Shown: positions 19,951 to 29,551 of the stretch, piece after piece
Layout of the letters: the number at the start of each line of letters is the position of its first letter
Position numbering within the stretch: position 1 is the first letter of the stretch
From: a bacterium
GTDB lineage: Bacteria; Patescibacteriota; Minisyncoccia; UBA6257; UBA9933
DNA length: 64,000 nucleotides
Direction of reading: 5' to 3'
Assembly: GCA_021796335.1 (NCBI GenBank)
Contig: JAJYHZ010000001.1
Coordinates: 331,870-395,869 of the forward strand
The notes under the pieces: generated by a model
Database searches by the model: none
The model's input: the letters and a program-made list of their open reading frames with translations, nothing else
What the model was told of the DNA's origin: nothing
Program-made: the position numbers and the translations under genes

Positions 19951-20661
19951 TTATTCGAAATCCTTGTTAAAAAATACTTTTAAATATTCCACGATGTAAT
20001 TAAAAATCATTTTTGAAAAACCGTATTTTTCAAACCTTCTCGTGGAACTTCTGACCAATAAATCGGGATCAAAAAGCACTTTCCCGACCTTGCGGCTTAT
20101 TAACATTGCAACAGCCGCATCGTCCCCCCAATATTTCAAAGGAGGCAATCCGCCGATTTTTTCCAATGCAATGCGTTTTGCCGCAAAATTTCCGCCGAAA
20201 ATCATTCCGTTTTTTCTTCCGAAAACGACTCTTAAGACGTCCAAACCGAAACCTAATAAATATTTATCATAGAATCTTAGAAGAAAATAAGGAAGCCCCT
20301 TAACTCCGTACTCATAAGGACCGGAAACAGCCGCCACTCCTTTTTTATTGAGATCCTCATCAATTTTTTCAAGCCAGTTAGGTATCGGACTTGAATCCGC
20401 ATCCAAAAACGCTACTATTTCCCCCTTCGAAATTTTAAATCCCGCCTGTCTGGCAATATTTGTGCCCTTTTCCGGCTCTTTTATTACCACATCCGCCCCT
20501 TCTTTTTTAGCCTCTTCGTACGTGTTATCCGTAGAATTATTATCGACAACTATAATTTCAAATTCGCTTCTGTCAACGACATTCTGCTCTTTCAAAGCTC
20601 TTATCGAGTTCTTAACATACTTTTCCTCGTTGTATGCCGGAATCACTATACTATATTTCAT
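19951..20661 (-). CDS. GT2 family glycosyltransferase, copy 2 (paralog of 18404..19147)
   Basis: Colinear with copy 1 (IVIPAYNEE...DNNSTD...FLDADS...GGNFA). Confidence 0.8.
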   Translation of the reverse strand: MKYSIVIPAYNEEKYVKNSIRALKEQNVVDRSEFEIIVVDNNSTDNTYEEAKKEGADVVIKEPEKGTNIARQAGFKISKGEIVAFLDADSSPIPNWLEKIDEDLNKKGVAAVSGPYEYGVKGLPYFLLRFYDKYLLGFGLDVLRVVFGRKNGMIFGGNFAAKRIALEKIGGLPPLKYWGDDAAVAMLISRKVGKVLFDPDLLVRSSTRRFEKYGFSKMIFNYIVEYLKVFFNKDFE

Positions 20662-21262
20662 GGTTTTTCCTTTTTCTGATATGCCTGAAAATTTTCTTAA
20701 ATCCTAAAATCATTAGGAATATTATAACTAAAATAATTACTATTCTCATAAGCCCTAACTTTACGATTACGGAATTCCATTCCTTCCCAAGTAGTCTGCC
20801 TAAAATCGCGTAACCACCGCTCCAGGTTATCGCCGATAATAAAACCGTAGTTAAAAATACTCTGGGCGGGATTTGAATCAATCCCGCGGCAACGGAAACA
20901 TAACCCCTTGCATAAGGTATCAGCCTTCCCAGATAAATTTCCGTTTTTCCTCTTTTGGATATTTTTTCTTTAAAAGAGTCGATTTTTCCAACCGGCAGCC
21001 ATTTCGGCGACTTTTTTTCCAATTCCATTCCGAAAAAATAAAAAACAAAGTATAGAATGGAAGTCCCCGTAAAATCTCCGGCAACCACTGTCAGAAATAC
21101 CAGCGGAAAACTCAAAACCCCCATATAAGCTAGATAGCCGGAAAATAATAGAACCAGTTCGTTCGGAACAGGATTGGGCACTCCGATTTCCTGCAGAAAA
21201 ACCAGTAGGAAAATCGCCAGATATCCGTGATGTGTTATATATGAAACAATATCAGCCGGCAT
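20651..21262 (-). CDS. DedA/VTT family membrane protein, copy 2
   Basis: Paralog of 19303..19941; its stop overlaps the GT2 copy-2 start by 11 nt. Confidence 0.7.
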   Translation of the reverse strand: MPADIVSYITHHGYLAIFLLVFLQEIGVPNPVPNELVLLFSGYLAYMGVLSFPLVFLTVVAGDFTGTSILYFVFYFFGMELEKKSPKWLPVGKIDSFKEKISKRGKTEIYLGRLIPYARGYVSVAAGLIQIPPRVFLTTVLLSAITWSGGYAILGRLLGKEWNSVIVKLGLMRIVIILVIIFLMILGFKKIFRHIRKRKNHEI

Positions 21263-21285
21263 ATCTGATGAGTATAAACCATTTT

Positions 21286-22083
21286 TTATCGAGAAAGAAG
21301 AAGCATAACCGGATCATGGTCGGAAAGAGCCGGCTTTAAATGAATAGGCGAGTAAGAATCGATTTTGAAATTATATTTTGTGATATTTTTCACGAAAATA
21401 TAATCGAGCCGCGCCGATTTTTTCGTCCTCAGCCTGTTAACAAGGGGATTTTCCAACCTGTAACTCGGTATTATAATCTCTTCTTTGACCAAAACCGGAT
21501 GGATAAATCCGTTTTCTAAAAACAGCTGGGCGTCTTCGGTGTCCGTAATGCCATGCTGATTTAAATCACCCGTAAAAATTGCGGGTAATTCCTTGCGCCT
21601 GGAAACAATTTCGAAAATTCTTTTTAGCTGGCTTGAACGTATCTTCTGGTCGAAATTATAGTCTCCGGAGTGTAAATGACTATTTACCACGTATAACGAT
21701 CCCGCCGGAGTTTCCAAAACTGCCTCCAGAATACCTTTCCTGCCGAAATATTCAAAGATTGAATATTCGAAAATCTTAAAAGGCGTAAATTTATCCTCTT
21801 TTATTTTGAATTTCGAAAATATAACCAAGCCGCCGGTTGTATCCAGAATCGTGAACGGCACCAATCTTTTTTTGTCGAGTCCCCGAGTCGCGTAATAGCC
21901 TTTGGACGCTAAAAAATTATATATTAATTTTCTGTCATCGACATCAAACGATTCTTGCAAGCAAATTATGTCCGCGTCCAGTTCCGATAAATATTTTGCT
22001 ATAAGCCCGACTCTTTTGTACCTTTCTTTTACGAATAAGAACGGAAGGTCCCAGATATTGAAACTGATTATCTTCATAGTCAT
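21286..22083 (-). CDS. Endonuclease/exonuclease/phosphatase (EEP) family protein
   Basis: N-terminal SFNIW, LQE motif, C-terminal SDHDPVMLLL. Confidence 0.75.
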   Translation of the reverse strand: MTMKIISFNIWDLPFLFVKERYKRVGLIAKYLSELDADIICLQESFDVDDRKLIYNFLASKGYYATRGLDKKRLVPFTILDTTGGLVIFSKFKIKEDKFTPFKIFEYSIFEYFGRKGILEAVLETPAGSLYVVNSHLHSGDYNFDQKIRSSQLKRIFEIVSRRKELPAIFTGDLNQHGITDTEDAQLFLENGFIHPVLVKEEIIIPSYRLENPLVNRLRTKKSARLDYIFVKNITKYNFKIDSYSPIHLKPALSDHDPVMLLLSR

Positions 22084-22284
22084 TATTTTTTATTTTAAAC
22101 CAAAAATAAGAGCAAGAAAAATTTTCCTCTATTTTTAGGCCAGGTAAGAGATAAAATGGAGAATCTTGTATTTTGGACGAGTAATACCGCAGCGAAGGCT
22201 TAAAACAACTAGCTTACTGCAAATTATGTGAATGAAAAGAGTTGCGACTACGCTCCAGAATTTTATTCCAGCAAGACCTTCATT

Positions 22285-22725
22285 TTAATTTGAACTTGAA
22301 TTTGTCGCCGGCCTTAATTGAATTGTCTGAGCAGTAATACTACCATCCGAATTTTGAGTTCCCGAAACAAAAATTTGGGATCCCGTTTGAATGTCGGCGC
22401 TTGAACCACTTACAGGCTTAGTTATGGCAGTAGAAGACGAGTAAAAAACGATTTCCGAGCTCCCATCCTTTAATTTCACGGTTATACTCTGGCTATCTTT
22501 TGATAATACATTTCCACTGATAACATTTCCACCGTTCTGCGTACCGCCCCGAAAACTGCCGATGCCCGAACCGCGCAATGATTGCAATAATTGCATCTTT
22601 TGGCTCTGCGGCATATTTTGAATATCCTGAGCCGTAATATTTTTTCCGGAAGAACCGGATCCGATAAAAAATCCCGCTATCCCGACCACTACCGCAATTA
22701 TCGCCGTTACATAATTTCTTTTCAT
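22285..22725 (-). CDS. Secreted DUF5666-like Ser/Gly-rich protein
   Basis: Signal anchor; motif ITVKLKDGSSEIVFYSSSTAITK. Confidence 0.45.
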   Translation of the reverse strand: MKRNYVTAIIAVVVGIAGFFIGSGSSGKNITAQDIQNMPQSQKMQLLQSLRGSGIGSFRGGTQNGGNVISGNVLSKDSQSITVKLKDGSSEIVFYSSSTAITKPVSGSSADIQTGSQIFVSGTQNSDGSITAQTIQLRPATNSSSN

Positions 22726-22831
22726 CCCGCATGCAGCTTCTCTGTTGATTTTATAAAAATTTTATTTTTATGAAATCAGACATGAAACCCGATTAGATTT
22801 ATCCTCCCACAAATAAATTTTTATTTTAAAG

Positions 22832-22851
22832 AAATTATGCGTGGGATTCAT
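22832..22851 (-). promoter_or_regulatory. Conserved 20-nt motif ATGAATCCCACGCATAATTT, copy 2 of 3, ~110 nt upstream of 22285..22725
   Basis: See copy 1. Confidence 0.4.
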
Positions 22852-22983
22852 GATTTCTTTTCTTGTAATATCACTCGACCAAGTGATTTTATCCACATTT
22901 TTCAGAAATAATATAATATTGTTGATTAAAGAAAATTTTATTTATGTCTGTACATTTAAATTTATTTGCGAATTTCAATGGGT

Positions 22984-24198
22984 TTACTCATAGCGCAACG
23001 CTTCTATTGGATTAAGTTTCGAAGCGCGTTGTGCGGGATAATACCCGAAAACGATTCCTATTATCGCTGACACGCCAAACGCCAATAAGATTGAAAACAG
23101 CGAGACTTGCGTCGCCATTCCCATAAAATTGGAAATTAATAAAGACAGCAGAAATCCCAAAACAATTCCTAAAAATCCTCCCGCAAAAGTCAGCAGAATC
23201 GCTTCCGCTAAAAATTGTAGGTTAATATCGCGCTTCTTTGCGCCGATTGCTTTTCTTAAACCAATCTCCCGCGTCCTTTCCGTTACTGTCGTAAGCATCA
23301 TATTCATAATACCTATTCCTCCCACTATAAGTGAAATCCCCGCCACCGAAGCCAAAAGGATTGTGAATGTATTGGTAACCGATGACGCAGTTGATACGAT
23401 ATCCGCCTGATTCATGACAGAAAAATCAGCCGATTGCGGATTAGATATGCGATGCCGCGCAAGTAAAAGATCCGTTATTTGTTGCTGAATATCCGCCATA
23501 GAGTTTTGATCCGGTGCCTGAATGCTGATAGTTGAAACATAATCCACGCCAGCTAAAAGATGCTGCGCGGTCGTAATAGGTATAATTAAAAAATCATCCT
23601 GGTTTAAAAAGCCGCTCGATCCTTTTGAAACCGTAATACCGATGATATTGAAATCTATTCCGTTGATGCGCACTATTTTTCCGATAGGGTCAACTCCGTC
23701 TCCGAACAAATCGCTGGCCGTTGTCGGTCCGATTACCGCCACCCGCGCCATGCTTCGCACCTGATCGCTGGTTATAAAGGATCCTTCGGCAATGTCGTAT
23801 TTTCTTATTTGAACGTATTCCGGTGTAGTTCCTATTACCTGAGTATTCGTATTTTGCCCCGGCACGATTACCTGGTATCTCTTTGTGATATCCGGAGCGA
23901 CAGCCACGCCGCTGATATCGCTTGCTATGGCATCGGCATCAGCCTGAGTCAAAGTTGTTGCCGAACCTCTTCCGGCGCTGACTACGCCGCTACGCTGAGA
24001 TCCCGGCATGACGACAATTAAATTGGAGCCGATGGATTGAATACTCGCCTGAATAGAATTTTGCGCTCCTTGGCCGATCGCAATCATGGCGATAACCGAT
24101 CCGATTCCAATTACAATTCCAAGGATAGTCAATCCGGAACGGACTTTATTGGAGAGTAAAGCAAAAGTTGTTTCTTGTAATAGGTCAGAATAATCCAT
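22984..24198 (-). CDS. ABC transporter permease, MacB/FtsX-like
   Basis: 404 aa with N-terminal TM, large periplasmic domain and C-terminal 3 TM FtsX domain. Confidence 0.85.
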   Translation of the reverse strand: MDYSDLLQETTFALLSNKVRSGLTILGIVIGIGSVIAMIAIGQGAQNSIQASIQSIGSNLIVVMPGSQRSGVVSAGRGSATTLTQADADAIASDISGVAVAPDITKRYQVIVPGQNTNTQVIGTTPEYVQIRKYDIAEGSFITSDQVRSMARVAVIGPTTASDLFGDGVDPIGKIVRINGIDFNIIGITVSKGSSGFLNQDDFLIIPITTAQHLLAGVDYVSTISIQAPDQNSMADIQQQITDLLLARHRISNPQSADFSVMNQADIVSTASSVTNTFTILLASVAGISLIVGGIGIMNMMLTTVTERTREIGLRKAIGAKKRDINLQFLAEAILLTFAGGFLGIVLGFLLSLLISNFMGMATQVSLFSILLAFGVSAIIGIVFGYYPAQRASKLNPIEALRYE

Positions 24199-24371
24199 TT
24201 TAAATAAAATAATATGTTTAATTTATTTCCATGCGCTATATCGTACTATATAGCACCCAAAATTGAATATTGATTTTTTATTTGATCGTCGCAAATTAAA
24301 AATTTTCATAATTTCTTCATTCTTTCCACAATTCAAATTTTCAACTTCATAATAATTTGTCATTACGGACT

Positions 24372-25073
24372 TTATAACTTTATAACTCGCTTATTTTCAT
24401 TCTTCTTGTCTTCCAGAACCGACCCGTCTTTAATATGAATAATTCTTTCCGCATGTTCGGCCACATAAGGTTCATGCGTAATAAGCACAACTGTTTTCCC
24501 TTCTGCATTTAATCTCTGGAACGTTCCCAAGACAATGTCTCCTGTTTTCGTATCCAGATTGCCGGTCGGTTCGTCCGCCAGAATAAGCGACGGACTGTTC
24601 ACCAATGCGCGGGCGATTGCCACTCTTTGCATCTGCCCTCCTGAAAGCTGGTTTGAAAGGTTGTAAAATCTTGACTCGTCAAATCCCGCACTTCTAAGCG
24701 CTTTAATTGCTCTTTCTTCCCTTTCTTTCTTGGGAATACCCGCGTATATCAAAGGCAAGGAAACGTTTCTTACTACGGTAGCTCTCGGCAAAAGATTAAA
24801 GGCTTGAAAAACAAAACCGATTTTATTTTTCCGTATATCGGCCAATTCATCGTCAGAGAATTTTGAAACATCTTTACCGTCCAAAAAATATTCGCCACTA
24901 CTGGGCGAATCAAGTGCGCCTAAAATATGCATTATCGTCGACTTGCCCGAACCGGATGGACCCATTATCGCCACAAATTCGCCGTCTTTTATTGTAAAAG
25001 AAATCCCTTTCAAAACTTTGGCTTCAACGCCGCCGGGATAATATGATTTTGTAATATTTTTAATTTCTATCAT
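24372..25073 (-). CDS. ABC transporter ATP-binding protein (MacB/LolD-type)
   Basis: [35 protein letters not shown]. Confidence 0.9.
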   Translation of the reverse strand: MIEIKNITKSYYPGGVEAKVLKGISFTIKDGEFVAIMGPSGSGKSTIMHILGALDSPSSGEYFLDGKDVSKFSDDELADIRKNKIGFVFQAFNLLPRATVVRNVSLPLIYAGIPKKEREERAIKALRSAGFDESRFYNLSNQLSGGQMQRVAIARALVNSPSLILADEPTGNLDTKTGDIVLGTFQRLNAEGKTVVLITHEPYVAEHAERIIHIKDGSVLEDKKNENKRVIKL

Positions 25074-25240
25074 GAAAATAGTTTATAAAGTTATAATATT
25101 CATAAAGTTTGTAATATTTTTATAATGATAAACTTTAGATTCATATTCACTTTATTAACTTTAAAATATAAAGTCCCAATCTAATATCTGACGATCGTCA
25201 AATATTAGATTGGTTATACACATTGACATATGAAATTATT

Positions 25241-26896
25241 TTAACCACCAAATCCGCCGAGCATTCTGAAGCCGCGGCCGCCCGCCGCTGGACTTTTATT
25301 TGCAGACGCATTATTAGTTGTCGCATTTGTCGCCGCGGATCCGGCAATTATCCTTGTCACAACATTATCCCCCTCATTAACCCCGCTTAAAATTTCCGTA
25401 TTCGTATCGTTTTGAATTCCCGTCTGAACCGGCATTTGCGAAACGCTGCCATCCTTGTTTAAAACCTGAACATAACTGCTGTTTCCCTGCGTTTTTATCG
25501 CGCTATTTAGAACATATAAAGTATCTTGCTTTATATCGGTGATAATTGATGTATTTACGGTCATTCCCGGCTTCACACTGTTTAAATCCGTATTAAACCC
25601 TATCTGCACGTTATAAGTGGTAACTCCCTGACTAACAGTTCCCACAACATCAATTTGATCAACCGTTCCCGCCAAAGTTAAATTAGGGAGAGCGTCAAAA
25701 GACAAGGTTGCTTTTTGCCCCAACTTTACGTTGGCGGCATCAACTTCGTTTAATGAAATCTCGGCGATTTTTTGCTTGGTTATCAAAGTTACAGCCGCCG
25801 AAGATGAATCGGTCTGTTGGCCGGGGATTAAATTCACTTGCGCAACTTGCCCGTCAAAAGGAGCCGTTATCACGGTATTGCTCAAAGAATTTTCCGCAAC
25901 CTGCACCTGTGCATTAGCGCTATCTACCTGAGCTTGAGCCGCTGCCAAATCTTCCGAAGTTGCCGGCTGTACCTTTAAATTGTAATTTGCTTGAGCTTGA
26001 TTCAAAGATATCTGTGCCGAATCGATTTGCTGCTGAGCGCTTTCAATCGCCTGAGTCTGACTTTGCAAAGCAGTTTGATAAGCGTTGTAATTGGTTAAAT
26101 AATTACTCGCCGCTTTATTCGGAAGCGTAATCGTCCATGAATCATTTACATTTATTCCGCTTGGAAATTGAATGTATAATCCTTTGGTGCCGAATGGCGT
26201 TGGAATACCGTAATTGATTTGATTGCCGCCGATATTTTCCAAACCGCTTATAGAATAGTAATCGGGCTTTGTGCTAAACGAGCTGTGCAAGGTTATCACA
26301 TACTGACCTTCCTGCTGCCCGCTATATGTTCCGGTTATTGTCGGCGATGAAGATGAAATATTATTTATATCCGGAGCGGCGGAAATATCGGAATTCAAAT
26401 AATTTCTGTATGCGTTATTAACTGCTATCTGCTGCTGATTCTTCACATTATCCAAATTCTGCTTGGCATTATTGAGCGCAAGCTGCGCGGCATCAACCGA
26501 CGATTGACTTACGGCAACATCCGCATTAGTTGCACCTGCCGCCAACTTTTGGTAGCTGGCCTGCGCGCTTTCCAATCCGGCTTTTGCCTGCGCAATACTT
26601 GCCAGGGCGCTCTTCTGATCCAATACCACCAAAGTTTGACCGTCTTTTACATATTGGCCGGCTTTAACATCGACAGCAACAACAGTTCCGGAAGTCTGGG
26701 ATTTTAAATCAAGCTGGTTAGAAGGGGAAACTTGTCCAGTACCGGTTACATAAGATGTTATAGTTCCCTTCTCAACTGGAGCGGTAACATACTGCGTCGC
26801 CTGAGTGCTTGGCTTTAAAGCATAGATTCCCAACCCTATAACTGCCACACCCACAACTCCAATCAAAATTTTATGTTTTTTGGAATATTTTTTCAT
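25241..26896 (-). CDS. Periplasmic adaptor (MacA/HlyD-like) with an extended coiled coil and Gly-rich C-terminal tail
   Basis: TM anchor, lipoyl motif, long A/Q/N-rich coiled coil, barrel domains, C-terminal GGRGFRMLGGFGG. Confidence 0.7.
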   Translation of the reverse strand: MKKYSKKHKILIGVVGVAVIGLGIYALKPSTQATQYVTAPVEKGTITSYVTGTGQVSPSNQLDLKSQTSGTVVAVDVKAGQYVKDGQTLVVLDQKSALASIAQAKAGLESAQASYQKLAAGATNADVAVSQSSVDAAQLALNNAKQNLDNVKNQQQIAVNNAYRNYLNSDISAAPDINNISSSSPTITGTYSGQQEGQYVITLHSSFSTKPDYYSISGLENIGGNQINYGIPTPFGTKGLYIQFPSGINVNDSWTITLPNKAASNYLTNYNAYQTALQSQTQAIESAQQQIDSAQISLNQAQANYNLKVQPATSEDLAAAQAQVDSANAQVQVAENSLSNTVITAPFDGQVAQVNLIPGQQTDSSSAAVTLITKQKIAEISLNEVDAANVKLGQKATLSFDALPNLTLAGTVDQIDVVGTVSQGVTTYNVQIGFNTDLNSVKPGMTVNTSIITDIKQDTLYVLNSAIKTQGNSSYVQVLNKDGSVSQMPVQTGIQNDTNTEILSGVNEGDNVVTRIIAGSAATNATTNNASANKSPAAGGRGFRMLGGFGG

Positions 26897-26902
26897 AAGA
26901 AA

Positions 26903-27361
26903 TTAATTACTGTTAACCCTTATTAATCTGGCCTCAATCTGGCCCTGGTTATTCGGGGTTCCGATCGCGATAATTTGATTGTTCACTTTAATATCCTGCA
27001 GCTGCAAAGTTCCGCTTGCATCGCTAATCACCGTTGTCGATGAAGCGATAATTATTTTATCGTTGTTATCTTTATCCTTAATTGCCAAAGCATTGCCATT
27101 TATGCTTTCCACCTTTCCGACAACTCCATGAGCATTTATAAATTTCCCCCGAATAAATCCGAATGGCCCGTCTCCCGTTATCGGTCCGAAAGGCATCATT
27201 GAACCGAAATTCCTGTCGTAATTCTCTTTCCATGAATAAGAAAATCTTGCTCTGTGATAACCGACGAATACCCCGAAGCTGAATGCCAAAATCATAATTA
27301 TCAAAGATAAAATTATTCCCGCGATTATTTTTAAATTTTTTGATTCCGTTAAATTTTTCAT
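26903..27361 (-). CDS. Membrane-anchored DUF5666-like protein
   Basis: TM anchor; repeats GVVGKVESINGNALAIKD... and GTLQLQDIKVNNQIIAIG.... Confidence 0.4.
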   Translation of the reverse strand: MKNLTESKNLKIIAGIILSLIIMILAFSFGVFVGYHRARFSYSWKENYDRNFGSMMPFGPITGDGPFGFIRGKFINAHGVVGKVESINGNALAIKDKDNNDKIIIASSTTVISDASGTLQLQDIKVNNQIIAIGTPNNQGQIEARLIRVNSN

Positions 27362-27498
27362 CCCATATACGATTTCCCTCCTAAAAATTATTTTGAAAAA
27401 TAATTTTTAATTCTGAAATCATTTTTTATCTTTTTTACGTTTTATATTAAATCAATCTTAAATCCCGAATATAGTTTATCTAAACATTCAAATAAATA

Positions 27499-27518
27499 AA
27501 ATTATGCGCGGGATTCAT
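27499..27518 (-). promoter_or_regulatory. Conserved 20-nt motif ATGAATCCCGCGCATAATTT, copy 3 of 3, ~140 nt upstream of 26903..27361
   Basis: See copy 1. Confidence 0.4.
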
Positions 27519-27922
27519 ACTCGTGATTCGTTAAACTCCGGCGAGTATAATCTTCTGCTGTTTTTCAAGAAAATAAATGACTCGACTATTACAAATAGAA
27601 ATACCAAAGATATAAGAGCCTGCTCCAGGGGAAATGATTCAACCAAACTCAAAGAAAAATCTCTCCAGTTGGCAAATGCATCCGCCGGATCATTAACCAG
27701 CAACCTTAAAAAATACCCGAATTCGGACTGAAAAATACTCTGGGTAAACAAATAAAAGATAAAGCTAAATCCTCCGATTGAAAAAGACGCTAAAGCTCCA
27801 AAAACAGCCACCCTTTTCCTAAAAATGGCTTTTTTTTCGGCCTTTATCCGCCCTTTAATATCGTTAAAAAGCTGTTTAGGCGGTCTTATCGGCTTAATCT
27901 CCGCGATATCTTTTTCTTCCAT
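27515..27922 (-). CDS. Putative membrane anti-sigma factor (downstream of the ECF sigma)
   Basis: 135 aa with a single central TM; position right after the sigma gene; no conserved motif seen. Confidence 0.3.
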   Translation of the reverse strand: MEEKDIAEIKPIRPPKQLFNDIKGRIKAEKKAIFRKRVAVFGALASFSIGGFSFIFYLFTQSIFQSEFGYFLRLLVNDPADAFANWRDFSLSLVESFPLEQALISLVFLFVIVESFIFLKNSRRLYSPEFNESRV

Positions 27923-27946
27923 AACTATAATTACGGAAGAAAATTT

Positions 27947-28498
27947 TTATTTTGGTGCATTACCCTTTTTTCTAATCGCAAGAATCCCTCTTCTATATGT
28001 GCTTTTAACCGTATTTAAAGGCTTTTTCATCATTTCGGCAATTTCCTTAAAAGTGAATTTATCAACATCGTGAAGCGTTATAATCCGCTTATGTTCGGAA
28101 CTTAAATTGCCGAACAAAAGTTTTTTCTCATACGGGTCGTCCAGTCGGTCCAATTTTGCGGTTAAAATATCCATTAAACCATTTTCGCCGGCGTCTTTTT
28201 CCAATACAGAGAACGGGATCTCTGTTTTTTTTCTCAGCCAATCGATGCAGGTATTTTCGGCAATCGCAAAAATCCAGGTTTTAAACTTCTTTCCCTGATC
28301 GAATTTTTTGATATTTTTCCAGACTTTTATGAAAATTTCCTGGGAAATATCGGAAGCGTTATTCGGGTTTCCGGTATAGCGCCGGACAAATCCGTACATT
28401 AAAGGTAGATAGCGCTTAACCAGTTTCTCGAAAGCGATTTCATCGCCGTCCAAATACGCTTTTATCAAATCTTCATCGGAAAATTTATTTAGATCCAT
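27947..28498 (-). CDS. ECF-type RNA polymerase sigma-70 factor (start at MDLNKF; ORF-track upstream extension is probably not translated)
   Basis: Region 2 (DISQEIFIKVWKNIKKF, FKTWIFAIAENTCIDWLRK) and region 4 HTH (TFKEIAEMMKKPLNTVKSTYRRGILAIRK). Confidence 0.75.
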   Translation of the reverse strand: MDLNKFSDEDLIKAYLDGDEIAFEKLVKRYLPLMYGFVRRYTGNPNNASDISQEIFIKVWKNIKKFDQGKKFKTWIFAIAENTCIDWLRKKTEIPFSVLEKDAGENGLMDILTAKLDRLDDPYEKKLLFGNLSSEHKRIITLHDVDKFTFKEIAEMMKKPLNTVKSTYRRGILAIRKKGNAPK

Positions 28499-28572
28499 AA
28501 AATTTTGATTAACGTGATTATAGCACAAACGTTTAAATTCTATTATAAATAAAAATGTGACGAAGGTCAAAA

Positions 28573-29541
28573 TTATTTAAATTTTTCATTTTTGATTTTG
28601 TTTAAAATTTCCTTCAGATTTTCCAAACTATCCCAATCGTAAATGGAAATCGGCAATGCCGTTTTGTTCAGTTTCTTCAAATCAGTAATTTTTTTCTTTG
28701 TTTCTTCAGGTCTAATTAGATCTGTTTTTGTCAAAAACAAATACTCCGCCTTTTTTGCCAACCCAAAGCTGTATTTCTTTAATTCATTTTTAATCGTCTG
28801 ATAATCTTTTTTCGGATTTTCCGATTCGGCGGAAATAAAATGAAACAGGATTTTCGTTCTTTCGATATGCCTCAGGAATTTAATACCCAATCCTTTTCCC
28901 GTCGATGCTCCTTCAATCAATCCCGGAATATCTGCCAAAATCAATTCGTAATAGACTCCCAAATTCGGCTCAAGGGTAGTAAACGGATAATTGGCCACCT
29001 TGCTTTTGGCCGCCGTTAATTCGTTTAGTAAACTTGATTTGCCCGCATTGGGAAGCCCGACAAATCCTACATCAGCAATCAGTTTTAATTCCAATCTGAT
29101 TGCAAATTTTTCGCCCGGCAAACCTTCTTGAAATCTTTCCGGACTCGGATTTTTTGGTGATCTGAATAAAAAATTCCCTTTCCCGCCATGGCCTCCGCTT
29201 GCGATCAAGATCCTTTCGCCGATTTTCACAATTTCCTTTTCTTCGCCGGTATCCAAATTATGAATAACCGTACCGATTGGAATTTTAAGCACGACATTCT
29301 CTCCGGCGCGGCCGTCATTAAACTGCGGCTTCCCATTCTGACCATTTTCCGCATAAAATTCTTTTTTGTTTCTAAACTGTTTTAACGCGCTTAAATCCGC
29401 GGTGCCCTCCAAAAAAACATTGCCGCCGTTTCCCCCGCTGCCTCCGGCAGGCCCAAGACTCATCAGATTCTTATTCCAGGCAACCGCTCCCCTGCCTCCG
29501 TTTCCTCCTCCCGTTTTAATTATTACGTCATCAATGAACAT
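28573..29541 (-). CDS. obg: GTPase Obg (start MFIDDV...)
   Basis: Obg fold Gly-rich N-terminus (GGGNGGRGAVAW, GGSGGNGG), G1 GLPNAGKSS, G3 DIPG, G4 TKTD. Confidence 0.85.
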   Translation of the reverse strand: MFIDDVIIKTGGGNGGRGAVAWNKNLMSLGPAGGSGGNGGNVFLEGTADLSALKQFRNKKEFYAENGQNGKPQFNDGRAGENVVLKIPIGTVIHNLDTGEEKEIVKIGERILIASGGHGGKGNFLFRSPKNPSPERFQEGLPGEKFAIRLELKLIADVGFVGLPNAGKSSLLNELTAAKSKVANYPFTTLEPNLGVYYELILADIPGLIEGASTGKGLGIKFLRHIERTKILFHFISAESENPKKDYQTIKNELKKYSFGLAKKAEYLFLTKTDLIRPEETKKKITDLKKLNKTALPISIYDWDSLENLKEILNKIKNEKFK

Positions 29542-29551
29542 AATACTAAAA

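Noticed and set aside
27947-28570. 25-codon N-terminal extension of the ECF sigma factor ORF (MTFVTFLFIIEFKRL...)
   Set aside because: Hydrophobic and not sigma-like. The conserved region 2 begins right after the internal Met (MDLNKF), so the shorter start was preferred.
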